Below are positions 8,409-18,341 of a stretch of DNA of 64,000 nucleotides, one piece after another. A model generated the notes under the pieces. It did not search any database. It was not told the origin of the DNA and worked only from the letters and a program-made list of their open reading frames with translations. The DNA is from Bacilli bacterium (GTDB lineage Bacteria > Bacillota_I > Bacilli_A > ML615J-28 > CAG-698): NCBI GenBank assembly GCA_031553555.1, contig JAVBLL010000002.1, forward strand, positions 17,738 through 81,737. Reading direction: 5' to 3'. The translations under genes were made by a program, and so were the position numbers. The stretch's first letter is position 1. Each line of letters begins with the position of its first letter.

Positions 8409-9401
8409 ATGAAAAATATTGATTTGAGATGCCTAGGAAAACAGGAAATATCATTTTATTTGGGGCTTGAAGAATATCTGCTAAGGCACCTGGAGGAAGA
8501 TATTTTTTTCTTATGGAATTTAAATCCCTCTGTTGTTATTGGTAGAAATCAGCTTATTGATGGAGAAGTTAATACTTCATATGCTGAAGAAAAAGGTGTC
8601 AAAATTTATAGACGCCCAAGTGGCGGAGGAGCAATTTATGCTGATAGTGGTTGCTTTATGTTTACTTTTATTACAAAAGAGAAAGATAAAGAGTTAATTT
8701 TTAAAAACTATTTAGGGATGATTATAAACGCTCTCAAGGAACTTGGAATAGATGCTTATTTTTCAGGTCGAAATGATATGTTGGTAAATGGTAAAAAATT
8801 TTCTGGTAATGCCATGTATACAAACGAGCATGGATCTGTTCTACATGGAACTTTTTTATATGATACTGATTTAATTGAACTAGTCAATATAATTACGCCA
8901 GATAATCAAAAGTTGCTTACAAAGGGTATTAAGAGTGTAAATGAGAGAGTTATAAATTTGAAAGAGTTTTTAAATCTTAGTAAGGAAGAATTAATGAATT
9001 ATCTTATTGATAATATCAGCGAAACAAAACAATTATTAACTAATGATGAATTAACAGAAATTAATTTAATTAAGAAGAAATTTGATTCCTATGAATGGGT
9101 TTATGGAAAAAACCCTAAGTATACTTTTAAAAATGATAAAAGATTTTTATGGGGTCAATTAATAGTTTTTGTTGATATTAAAAATGATATTGTTCAAGAA
9201 ATGAATTTAAAAGGTGATTTTTTTGCTATTAAGGAAATAGATAATTTTTGTAATAAATTTAGAAAAGTTCCTTTTGTTAGAGAATCTTTTCAGGAAATAA
9301 CTAATAAATATAATGTCAATGAGTATATTATGAATTGTTCAAACGAGGATTTTAATTTAATGTTTTTTGGAGGAAAAGATGAAGAAAACAATACTTTATG
9401 A
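8409..9401 (+). CDS. lplA: lipoate--protein ligase A
   Basis: N-terminus ...WNLNPSVVIGRNQ...YRRPSGGGAIYAD...KKFSGNA..., typical LplA. An extended -10 (TGgTATGAT, 8392-8400) ends 8 nt before the ATG and there is no SD, so probably leaderless. Confidence 0.85.
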   Translation: MKNIDLRCLGKQEISFYLGLEEYLLRHLEEDIFFLWNLNPSVVIGRNQLIDGEVNTSYAEEKGVKIYRRPSGGGAIYADSGCFMFTFITKEKDKELIFKNYLGMIINALKELGIDAYFSGRNDMLVNGKKFSGNAMYTNEHGSVLHGTFLYDTDLIELVNIITPDNQKLLTKGIKSVNERVINLKEFLNLSKEELMNYLIDNISETKQLLTNDELTEINLIKKKFDSYEWVYGKNPKYTFKNDKRFLWGQLIVFVDIKNDIVQEMNLKGDFFAIKEIDNFCNKFRKVPFVRESFQEITNKYNVNEYIMNCSNEDFNLMFFGGKDEENNTL

Positions 9402-10458
9402 TGAACATATAAAAGCGGGTGGAAAAATTGTTGAATTTGGTGGTTTTTTATTACCTATCGAATATAGCAGTATTGCTGAAGAACATGCAGCTGTCAGAAA
9501 TGATGTAGGAGTATTTGATGTCTCTCATATGGGAGAAATTAGAGTGACCGGTAAGGATACAATTGATTTTTTAAATTACTTATTGACTAATGATATGAGA
9601 AATTTTTCAAATGGTAAAATGATATATAATTTTATGTTATATGAAGATGGTGGAGTAGTCGATGATTTAATGGTTTATAAATATAGTGATACTGAATGTT
9701 TACTTGTTGTTAATGCATCAAATACTGATAAAGACTATGCATATATGCTTGAACACAAAGGGCAGTTTGATGTTGTGATTATTAATGAATCATTAATTTA
9801 TGGTCAGCTTGCTTTGCAAGGCCCTAAGGCTATAGAAATATTAAGAAGTATTTCTTCAAATGAAATTGATAATTTAAAATTGTTTGATTTCAAGCATATT
9901 GAAATTATGGATAATGATTTTCTAGTTTCCAGAAGTGGTTATACTGGAAGTGATGGGTTTGAAATTTATGGTGAGAATAATAACATATTAGTATTATTTA
10001 GAAAACTTATGTCAATGCAGGTAACACCATGTGGACTGGGTTGTCGAGATACTTTGCGATTTGAGGCAGGAATGCCGCTTTATGGACATGAAATTGACAG
10101 TGACATTACACCAATTGAAGCAGGATTAAAATATGCTGTTAATATTAATAAAAATTTTATCGGTAAAGAGAAGGTCTCATCGCAAATTGAAAATGGTGTA
10201 TCAAGAAAAATAGTAGGCTTAGAAATATTAGAACGCGGAATAGCCAGAAACGGATATGATGTTTTAGTTGACGGAGCAGTTATTGGCAAGATAACAACTG
10301 GATATATGATACCAAATTCCAATAATATTTATGCTATGGCCCTAATTGATAGTACTTATGCGGAAATTGGTACAGAAGTGAATATACAGATTAGAAAAAA
10401 TCTAGTAAAAGCAAAGATCAGAAACAAAAACTTTTTAAAGAAAAAATACGTAAAATAG
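9379..10458 (+). CDS. gcvT: glycine cleavage system aminomethyltransferase T
   Basis: MKKTILYDEHIKAGGKIVEFGGF...DVSHMGEI; GGAGG RBS 5 nt before the ATG at 9379. The ORF track start at 9367 is an upstream TTG. Confidence 0.85.
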   Translation: MKKTILYDEHIKAGGKIVEFGGFLLPIEYSSIAEEHAAVRNDVGVFDVSHMGEIRVTGKDTIDFLNYLLTNDMRNFSNGKMIYNFMLYEDGGVVDDLMVYKYSDTECLLVVNASNTDKDYAYMLEHKGQFDVVIINESLIYGQLALQGPKAIEILRSISSNEIDNLKLFDFKHIEIMDNDFLVSRSGYTGSDGFEIYGENNNILVLFRKLMSMQVTPCGLGCRDTLRFEAGMPLYGHEIDSDITPIEAGLKYAVNINKNFIGKEKVSSQIENGVSRKIVGLEILERGIARNGYDVLVDGAVIGKITTGYMIPNSNNIYAMALIDSTYAEIGTEVNIQIRKNLVKAKIRNKNFLKKKYVK

Positions 10459-10466
10459 GGGGAAAA

Positions 10467-10844
10467 ATGAGTAAAGTATTAGAAGGTTTAAAATATGCAA
10501 AAAGTCATGAATGGATAAAATTGGATGGAAATGTGGCTACAATTGGTATTACAGATTATGCCCAAAAAAGTTTAGGTGCTATTGTATATGTTGATGCATT
10601 TGAAGTTGGCGAAGAAGTAGAACAATTTAATGAATGTGGTGCTGTTGAGAGCACAAAAGCGGCATCAGATATTATGTCACCTGTTAGCGGCGAAATTATT
10701 GAAGTGAACGAAAATGTCATTAATAATCCAGAGTTAATCAATCAAGATGCATATTCTAATTGGATTTTAAAAATTAAAATAAATGATTCTTCAGAATTAG
10801 ATAATCTATTAGATAGTAAAAGTTATACGGCGGAACAAAAATAA
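10467..10844 (+). CDS. gcvH: glycine cleavage system H protein (lipoyl carrier)
   Basis: 125 aa with ...SHEWIK...ESTKAASDI...; the lipoyl-lysine motif is ESTKA. Confidence 0.85.
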   Translation: MSKVLEGLKYAKSHEWIKLDGNVATIGITDYAQKSLGAIVYVDAFEVGEEVEQFNECGAVESTKAASDIMSPVSGEIIEVNENVINNPELINQDAYSNWILKIKINDSSELDNLLDSKSYTAEQK

Positions 10845-12169
10845 TGTACAAATATTTTCCTCATACAAAGCAAGATGTCAAGGAAATGTTAGAAAAGGTT
10901 AATCTGAAAAATATTGATGATCTTTTTTTAGATATTCCTGATTCGGCAAAATATAATGGTGAACTTGATTTACCAAATTATATGTCAGAGTTAGAACTTA
11001 GAAGACATGCTCAAAAACTTGGAAGTAAAAATAAAAAATTAGTAAGTTTTTTAGGTGCTGGAAGTTATGATGTTTATACACCTAGTATTATTAAGTCATT
11101 AACTTCACGTCAAGAGTTTTTAACATCCTATACGCCTTATCAGCCGGAAATCTCACAAGGAACTTTGCAATACATTTTTGAATTTCAAAGTATTATTTGC
11201 GAATTAACTAATATGGATGTCAGCAATGCCTCTGTATATGATGGGGCAACAGCATCGGCTGAGGCAATGTTTATGGCGCATGCCCAAACAAAAAAGAAGA
11301 AAATTCTTGTTAGTGATACTGTAAGCCCACGAACTATTGATGTATTAAAAACATATGGCAAATATCGTGGTCTTCAAATTGAAATTGTTGAATCTATACA
11401 ATATTCTATTTCTGAGTCTTCAGTAAAAAATAAGTTAAATGATGATGTTGCCTGTCTCATCGTTCAAAATCCTAATTATTATGGAATTGTTGAAGAATAT
11501 GATAATATTGTTGAAATATTAAAAACAAACAAAAGTTTGTTTATTATGAATGTTGATCCTAGTACTTTAAGTGTTTTAAAAACACCTGGAGAAATTGGTG
11601 CAGATATTGTCTGTGGCGATGCGCAAACGCTTGGAATACCATTATCTTATGGGGGACCATACTTAGGATTTATGGCAACTACTAATAAATTACTTAGAAA
11701 ACTTCCGGGTAGAATCATCGGCATGACTAATGACGTTGATGGAAAGCGAGGATTCGTTTTAACATTACAAGCAAGAGAACAGCATATTAGAAGAGAAAAA
11801 GCCAATTCTAATATATGTTCTAATCAAAGTTTGATGGCATTACATGCATCGATATATGTAAACACAATGGGACCACAGGGGTTAATTGATGTTGCAAAAC
11901 AAGCATATAGTAATAGTCATTACTTTTTTGATAGATTGCTAAAAACAAATAGATTTTTTAGTTGTTCAACTAAACCATTTTTTAAGGAATTTATTGTAAA
12001 AACAAATATTAATATTAGTGGACTGAATAAATATTTATTAAAAAATGAAATTCTCGGTGGACTTGATCTTGGCGATGGCAAGTATTTATTATGTGCTACT
12101 GAAGTTAGAACAAAAAATGAAATAGATCAATTTATTTCCTTAGTGGAGGAATATGATGATGTACAATAA
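10844..12169 (+). CDS. gcvPA: glycine dehydrogenase (decarboxylating) subunit 1
   Basis: 441 aa with ...FLGAGSYD...YTPYQPEISQG..., typical of the P-protein N-terminal half. Confidence 0.85.
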   Translation: MYKYFPHTKQDVKEMLEKVNLKNIDDLFLDIPDSAKYNGELDLPNYMSELELRRHAQKLGSKNKKLVSFLGAGSYDVYTPSIIKSLTSRQEFLTSYTPYQPEISQGTLQYIFEFQSIICELTNMDVSNASVYDGATASAEAMFMAHAQTKKKKILVSDTVSPRTIDVLKTYGKYRGLQIEIVESIQYSISESSVKNKLNDDVACLIVQNPNYYGIVEEYDNIVEILKTNKSLFIMNVDPSTLSVLKTPGEIGADIVCGDAQTLGIPLSYGGPYLGFMATTNKLLRKLPGRIIGMTNDVDGKRGFVLTLQAREQHIRREKANSNICSNQSLMALHASIYVNTMGPQGLIDVAKQAYSNSHYFFDRLLKTNRFFSCSTKPFFKEFIVKTNINISGLNKYLLKNEILGGLDLGDGKYLLCATEVRTKNEIDQFISLVEEYDDVQ

Positions 12170-13592
12170 ATTAATATTTGAAGTCTCAAAACCTGGTCGA
12201 ATTGGTTACAATTTACCAAAAAATCATATAGGGCAATATGAAATGCCTCAGGAGCTACAAAGAAAGGCACCACTGGAGCTTCCAGAAGTGACAGAACTAG
12301 ATATAGTTCGTCATTACACAAAATTGTCACTAAAGAATTTTGGAGTTGATCAAGGATTTTATCCACTTGGTTCTTGTACAATGAAATATAATCCTAAAAT
12401 TAATGAAGAATTATCCAGTCTTGATAGTTTTAGTGCGATTCATCCATTACAGCCAATTGAAAGCACACAAGGATTACTTCAGATTTACTATGAACTTTCT
12501 CAAATGTTGTCAGCAATTACAGGTATGAGTGAATTCACCTTAAATCCTTTCGCAGGGGCTCATGGTGAATTAGTTGGATTAATGATCATGAAAGAATATC
12601 ATTTACGAAGAAATGATTTACTAAGAACAAAAGTTATTGTTCCAACGTCTGCTCATGGAACTAACCCTGCTAGTGTTACACTATGTGGAATGGATATTGT
12701 AGAAGTACCAGCAACAGCTGATGGTATGGTTGATATTGAGCAATTAAAGTTAGTATTGAATAATGAAGTTGCTGGAATAATGTTGACAAATCCTAATACA
12801 CTTGGTATTTTTGAAAAAGACATTATGACAATTTCAAAGCTTGCTCATGATAATGGAAGCTTGCTATATTATGATGGTGCTAATTTGAATGCTATATTAG
12901 GAATATCTAGACCCGCTGATATGGGGTTTGATATTATGCATATAAACCTTCACAAAACATTTGCTGCCCCACATGGTGGTGGTGGTCCTGGATCAGGAAC
13001 AGTCGGAGTTGTTTCAAAACTGGTTGATTTATTACCTAATCCACGTGTTATAAAAACTGGTGAAAACTATAATTTCTTGGAAGGAAATACTATCGGCAGA
13101 GTTAGTGCCTTTTATGGTAATACTACTGTTATATTAAAATCATATTTTTATTTACTTAGCTTAGGAAAAGAGAACATAAAAAATGTAGCCCGTTTTGCAA
13201 CTTTAAATGCTAATTATATAAAAGAGTCATTAAAAGATAAATATTTACTACCTATTAAAGGATTGTGTAAACATGAAGTCGTATTTGATGGATTAATTAG
13301 TCAGAAGGCCACAACATTAGATGTAGCAAAACGACTTCTTGACTATGGGTATCATCCACCAACAATATATTTTCCATTATTATTTCATCAATCATTAATG
13401 ATTGAACCAACAGAATGTGAATCAAAAGAAACCCTTGATGAATTTATTGAAGTGATGAATAAGATTGCTATAGAAGCAGAAGAAAATTCTGAGCTATTAT
13501 TTACAGCTCCACACTATACACCCGTAAGAAGATTAGATGAAGTCAAAGCTGCGAGAAATCCAATTTTAAAATTTAAGGATATTAATGACTAA
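12153..13592 (+). CDS. gcvPB: glycine dehydrogenase (decarboxylating) subunit 2
   Basis: 479 aa with a PLP-lysine region HINLHKTFAAPHGGGGPG. Overlaps the gcvPA stop. Confidence 0.85.
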   Translation: MMMYNKLIFEVSKPGRIGYNLPKNHIGQYEMPQELQRKAPLELPEVTELDIVRHYTKLSLKNFGVDQGFYPLGSCTMKYNPKINEELSSLDSFSAIHPLQPIESTQGLLQIYYELSQMLSAITGMSEFTLNPFAGAHGELVGLMIMKEYHLRRNDLLRTKVIVPTSAHGTNPASVTLCGMDIVEVPATADGMVDIEQLKLVLNNEVAGIMLTNPNTLGIFEKDIMTISKLAHDNGSLLYYDGANLNAILGISRPADMGFDIMHINLHKTFAAPHGGGGPGSGTVGVVSKLVDLLPNPRVIKTGENYNFLEGNTIGRVSAFYGNTTVILKSYFYLLSLGKENIKNVARFATLNANYIKESLKDKYLLPIKGLCKHEVVFDGLISQKATTLDVAKRLLDYGYHPPTIYFPLLFHQSLMIEPTECESKETLDEFIEVMNKIAIEAEENSELLFTAPHYTPVRRLDEVKAARNPILKFKDIND

Positions 13593-14910
13593 TATGATAG
13601 ATATTATTATAATTGGAGCAGGTCCAGGAGGATATGAACTGGCATTAGAAGCGGCGAATTCTGGATTAAGTATAGTGCTAATTGAAAAAAATGAAGTTGG
13701 AGGGACATGTCTTAATCATGGTTGTATCCCAACCAAAACTTATTATCATGATGCAAAACTTTTTAAAAAGTCTAAAGAGTTAAAAGTATTACAAAGTAAT
13801 GCAATATTAGATTTTGAATTGACAAAAGAACGTAAGAAGAAAGTTGTTGCTGATTTAGTAACTGGAATTAAATTTTCATTGGATAAGGCCAAAGTTAAAT
13901 TAATATATGGCACTGCAAGTCTAGTCGACCGTTATCATGTAAAGGTTGAAAATGAGATTTATGAAGCAAAATATATTGTTATAGCAACCGGATCAAAATC
14001 TAAAATAATCCCTATTAAGGGAATTGATGCAAAAAACGTGATTACTTCAGATGAACTTCTTGATATTAGTGATATCCCATCTAAGTTAGTAGTCATTGGT
14101 GGTGGCGTTATAGGCATTGAAATGGCGACAATCTTTAAAACTTTTAATAGTGATGTCACGATTATTGAATCTGCAAGTACTATTCTACCATTTTTTGATA
14201 AGGAAATTATTAAAAGATTTCAAGCATATTTGAAAACTTATGGTATAAAACTTATTTTAAAAACTGAAATAAAAGAAATCTTTGATAACAAAATCATTTA
14301 TGATAATAATGGAACTATAAATGAAATTGATTTTGATAAGATATTATTGGCAGTAGGACGAAAGCCTAATATAGATAACCTAGAGTTAGAAAATTGTGCT
14401 ATTGATATTGATAAGGGTGCCATTAAAGTTAATACTAATTTCCAGACTAATATTGATAATATATATGCAATTGGTGATGTGAATAATAAAATGATGCTAG
14501 CGCACTATGCAACATATAGTGGGTATCGCGTATTGAACCATATTTTAGGGCGCAACGACAAAATCAATTTTGATATTGTTCCTTCGTGTGTTTTCACAAT
14601 ACCAGAAATTGCTATGGTTGGTTTGACAGAGGATGAATGTATTCTCCAAAATAAAGAATATCGAACAATAAAAACATTGTATCGTTCAAATGGTAAAGCA
14701 ATGACAATGAATGAACTAGATGGCTTTATAAAGTTAATTATTGAGAATAATTATATTATAGGTGCTCATATATTGGGTGAAGAAGCCAATATTCTAATTC
14801 ATGAAATTATGGTATTGATTAATAATAAAATATCAATTAATGATGCAAAAGATTATATTCACGCTCACCCAACTCTTAGTGAAATAATAGCGACATCATT
14901 AAGAGATTAG
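13585..14910 (+). CDS. lpd: dihydrolipoyl dehydrogenase (E3 / glycine-cleavage L protein)
   Basis: FAD motif IIIIGAGPGGY, redox disulfide GGTCLNHGCIPTK, NAD motif VVIGGGVIGIEMA, C-terminal HAHPTLSE. Confidence 0.85.
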   Translation: MTNMIDIIIIGAGPGGYELALEAANSGLSIVLIEKNEVGGTCLNHGCIPTKTYYHDAKLFKKSKELKVLQSNAILDFELTKERKKKVVADLVTGIKFSLDKAKVKLIYGTASLVDRYHVKVENEIYEAKYIVIATGSKSKIIPIKGIDAKNVITSDELLDISDIPSKLVVIGGGVIGIEMATIFKTFNSDVTIIESASTILPFFDKEIIKRFQAYLKTYGIKLILKTEIKEIFDNKIIYDNNGTINEIDFDKILLAVGRKPNIDNLELENCAIDIDKGAIKVNTNFQTNIDNIYAIGDVNNKMMLAHYATYSGYRVLNHILGRNDKINFDIVPSCVFTIPEIAMVGLTEDECILQNKEYRTIKTLYRSNGKAMTMNELDGFIKLIIENNYIIGAHILGEEANILIHEIMVLINNKISINDAKDYIHAHPTLSEIIATSLRD

Positions 14911-14973
14911 TTGTTAAATTATAAATATATAAATTCATTAGAGATTTTAATATCATAAATGATATTGCACTGT

Positions 14974-15008
14974 TAGATGGTTATATAAATAACCATCTTT
15001 TTATTTGC
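14974..15008 (+). terminator. intrinsic terminator after the gcv-lpd operon
   Basis: Stem agatggttat/ataaccatct followed by ttttatttg. Confidence 0.6.
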
Positions 15009-15111
15009 TTACTTAGGATATATGGCAAAATTCAAAAATAAAAATTTATTAAAATAGTTAGAAAAAAAGTCAATTATTTTGTTATACTATATATGAAAGG
15101 TAATGATTATT

Positions 15112-15984
15112 ATGAAAAAAACATTTATACTTATAATAATTATATTTAGTGTATTTCTTATGGCTTGCAATCAAGAATATAGTGGTAAAGAAATAAGTTA
15201 TATGGAATATACAAGAATAGATTATAATGGTGGTTATAGAAACCAAACGAAAATTGACTTAAATACCAATGAAGTTCTTGTAAGAGGTTATTTGGATGAA
15301 GAAGTTGACTATGAAGTTATACATAATTTTGATGAGACAAATGAAAAAGAATTTATTAATAAAATCTTTCAATCAGGATTGTTTGCTTTAAAAGATGAAT
15401 ACAAAAACACTATTCCAATAATAGATGGTGGTGGTTGGAATTTGATTATTCAATATACTGATGGAAGCACAAAAATATCAAAAGGAAGTAATGCTAGTCC
15501 TAGTAAAATATTCAAGGAAGCAGATTATGCATTTTATAATTTATATGGAGATGACTTCTTTGGTTATCTAGATAGTTCTTATAAAAATCCTCCAAGCATA
15601 GATATAGCAATAAAATATCAAGATGGAAATAATAATATAAGTGATGGAAGTGGATTGAAAGTTTCTAATTACACTTGGAATAAAAGGAAAGTTGATAATA
15701 TAAATAATATTGACTTTGCTAAAGAAAATCAAAAATATGAATATGATAGTAATATCGAATACAAATTTGTTTTATGGACGGCAAATTATGAATATAAGTT
15801 TAATAAAATGATTATTAAATCATATGATATAAATGGTTATGATGAAAAAACAATTATTGAATGTAAATGGTTTAAACAAAAGGAATTTAATTTAGAATAT
15901 GATAGAATATATATTATAACAATGGAATTTGATTATGGAACTTGCGAATATCCTTTTGCTACAAAAATTAATAAACTAGGTTGA
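15112..15984 (+). CDS. lipoprotein, unknown function (paralogue of 17352..17861)
   Basis: Lipoprotein signal MKKTFILIIIIFSVFLMAC (lipobox LMAC). The central ~100 aa aligns to the second lipoprotein (KIFQSGLFALKDEYKN..IIDGGGWNLIIQYTDGST vs KISNHGIYNLKEDYQP..ITDGSSWRLIITFSDGTT). Confidence 0.7.
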   Translation: MKKTFILIIIIFSVFLMACNQEYSGKEISYMEYTRIDYNGGYRNQTKIDLNTNEVLVRGYLDEEVDYEVIHNFDETNEKEFINKIFQSGLFALKDEYKNTIPIIDGGGWNLIIQYTDGSTKISKGSNASPSKIFKEADYAFYNLYGDDFFGYLDSSYKNPPSIDIAIKYQDGNNNISDGSGLKVSNYTWNKRKVDNINNIDFAKENQKYEYDSNIEYKFVLWTANYEYKFNKMIIKSYDINGYDEKTIIECKWFKQKEFNLEYDRIYIITMEFDYGTCEYPFATKINKLG

Positions 15985-16017
15985 AATCCAGTGCATAAAT
16001 TCTCATAAAATTTAATA

Positions 16018-16050
16018 AGAGAAATTAGTAAAAACTAATTTCTCTTTTTG
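16018..16050 (+). terminator. intrinsic terminator
   Basis: 11-bp stem agagaaattag/ctaatttctct with a 6-nt loop, then ttttg. Confidence 0.7.
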
Positions 16051-16158
16051 GTTGAACTATTCAACTAAAAATTCAATATAATAGTTATTTCATTATTAGT
16101 AATAATACTATATAATGATAGTGTAAATGGTCATTTACAAGAAAAAGGAGTGAAAATA

Positions 16159-17229
16159 ATGAATATTAAAATAGCATCACAAATTAAATCATTAAGAGAA
16201 TCAAAAAATGTCTCGCAAACAAAACTTGCTGAGTTTTTAAATATCTCTTTTCAGTCAGTATCAAAATGGGAAAATGGTCTTGCATATCCAGATATCACTT
16301 TGCTACCAAAACTTGCTGGTTTTCTAGGAGTTACAGTGGATGAATTATTAGGTGTTTCAGAGATAGAGAAAAGCCAAAGATATGAAGAGTATGAGAATAA
16401 AGCTGAAGAATTATATAAAAATGGGTTAGTAAAAGAACATTTGATTTTATGGAAAGAAGCATATGATGAACTACCTAATAATTATGATGTAAAACAATAT
16501 TTAATGTGTGCATATTCTGACATAGATAAACAAAAATACTTTAATGAAATCATTGAACTAGCAATGGATATTTACCATAATGATATAAATATGTATAATA
16601 AAGCACAAGCTATAAGAATTATTTCTAATACTTATTTTGAAAACAATGATAAAGAAAAAGCAATTCAATGGGCTAATAAATCAGTCCCCATTTACTGCTC
16701 TGCCGATATAATTAGTTATCAATTTTATGAAGGCGAAGAATTAATGAGAAGCATTCATTATAATGTTTATTGGTTTTTAGAAGAATTATGGCATATGACT
16801 TCCCACATGGTATATGGAGAGAAGACTTTTATGGATTTGAAATTCAAACAAGATTATTTAAAAAATACTCTAAGTATATATGAGTCAGTATATCCAAATT
16901 GTGATACATTTTTTAATACATATGACCATTATTATTGTTTATATGGTGATATAGCAAAATTTGGCGTATCGCTTGGTAACAGCGAAGACGAAGTAAAATA
17001 TTATTTAGAAAAAGCTTTGGAATGTGCAGAAAAATCTAGTAATTTAAAAGGACATTTATTGAAGAGTCCGCTTATGTATAATAAATATGTTGAAGATGCT
17101 CCAAATACAGACAAACGATTGGTTATTGTTAATCAAATGAGAAAGTTTTTAAATTTTACTGAGTTTGATATATATCGAAATAAAGAATGGTTTCAACAAA
17201 TAAATAAAAAACTATCATCTTTAAATTAA
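16159..17229 (+). CDS. XRE-family HTH transcriptional regulator with C-terminal TPR-like domain (RNPP/Rgg-like architecture)
   Basis: N-terminal HTH_XRE (LRESKNVSQTKLAEFLNISFQSVSKWENGLAYPDITLL), then ~290 aa of helical repeats. AAGGAG RBS before the ATG at 16159. Confidence 0.75.
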   Translation: MNIKIASQIKSLRESKNVSQTKLAEFLNISFQSVSKWENGLAYPDITLLPKLAGFLGVTVDELLGVSEIEKSQRYEEYENKAEELYKNGLVKEHLILWKEAYDELPNNYDVKQYLMCAYSDIDKQKYFNEIIELAMDIYHNDINMYNKAQAIRIISNTYFENNDKEKAIQWANKSVPIYCSADIISYQFYEGEELMRSIHYNVYWFLEELWHMTSHMVYGEKTFMDLKFKQDYLKNTLSIYESVYPNCDTFFNTYDHYYCLYGDIAKFGVSLGNSEDEVKYYLEKALECAEKSSNLKGHLLKSPLMYNKYVEDAPNTDKRLVIVNQMRKFLNFTEFDIYRNKEWFQQINKKLSSLN

Positions 17230-17351
17230 TTGAATAACTTTGCTTTTTGAAAGGTATACTATTATTTCTACTTATGGTATAATATATTTAGTTAGAATTT
17301 TTTCAAAAAAAAAGATGATGAATATTGTTATATATGCAAGGAGATTTATTT

Positions 17352-17861
17352 ATGAAAACCAATCGTTATTATTTATTTGTTTTACTATTATTGTTTTCTA
17401 CTGTCTTAATTGGATGTGAATATAATGGACCTTATAAGGGAAATGAAGTCACCCAGATTTATTATTGTCTTCAGGGATCTGAATGGCCTGTAAAATATGA
17501 GAAATCATATGATTTTACTAATCTAACTTATTCAACAAAAACTTGTGATGATCCATATAGTCATTATAAGGAAGATTTTATAGAACATGAATTTGAAATC
17601 GTAGCCACGTTCACAAAGGAAGAGGCAGACAATTTTTTAAAAAAGATTAGTAATCATGGAATATATAATTTAAAAGAAGATTATCAGCCTTTTGCTATGA
17701 TTACAGATGGTTCCTCTTGGCGTTTGATTATTACTTTTAGTGATGGTACAACATTTAACAGTGGTGGATATATGAAATCACCTTCGCAAGCTACAACAAT
17801 TAATAAAGATTCACAGGATTTTATTGGTGTTGATTTATTTACTATTTATCGAAATTATTAG
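17352..17861 (+). CDS. lipoprotein, unknown function (paralogue of 15112..15984)
   Basis: Signal MKTNRYYLFVLLLLFSTVLIGC (lipobox LIGC), AAGGAG RBS, and a shared domain with the upstream lipoprotein. Confidence 0.7.
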   Translation: MKTNRYYLFVLLLLFSTVLIGCEYNGPYKGNEVTQIYYCLQGSEWPVKYEKSYDFTNLTYSTKTCDDPYSHYKEDFIEHEFEIVATFTKEEADNFLKKISNHGIYNLKEDYQPFAMITDGSSWRLIITFSDGTTFNSGGYMKSPSQATTINKDSQDFIGVDLFTIYRNY

Positions 17862-17876
17862 TTTTTGAGGAATGAT

Positions 17877-18293
17877 ATGGAAGTAAGAGGAAAAGCTGAA
17901 AAAATTTATAAAAATACCCGCAAATTAATCATTAGCTGCTGTGATCATGATGGTTATCCATATACAAAAGTTGTTTTACCAACTTGTCTGCGTGATTCAA
18001 TAGAAACTATTTATATAGCAACAAACACTTCATCCAAGTTCGTTGAAAATATTAAAATAAACTCAAAAGCAAATGTCTATTTTTATGATGGAATATTTTA
18101 TAAGGGCTGCATGCTAAAAGGAAATATGAGTATTTGTGATGATATGTCATTAAAGAAGAAGTTGTGGTCTAATGCATATAAAGGTGCATATCCTCTTGGT
18201 GTTCCAGAGGATCCTGATTATTGTGTTTTAATATTTAAGGCATTAAGTGGACGTTATTATTCAATGTATAAAACTTATGATTTTGAAGTTTAA
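17877..18293 (+). CDS. pyridoxamine-5'-phosphate-oxidase-like (FMN-binding split barrel) family protein
   Basis: ~138 aa, beta-rich, compositionally PNPOx/general-stress-protein-26-like. The assignment is tentative. Confidence 0.4.
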   Translation: MEVRGKAEKIYKNTRKLIISCCDHDGYPYTKVVLPTCLRDSIETIYIATNTSSKFVENIKINSKANVYFYDGIFYKGCMLKGNMSICDDMSLKKKLWSNAYKGAYPLGVPEDPDYCVLIFKALSGRYYSMYKTYDFEV

Positions 18294-18341
18294 GTGGAAG
18301 ATATTCTTCCACTTTTTTGGTCTATAAAACATTCATAGACA

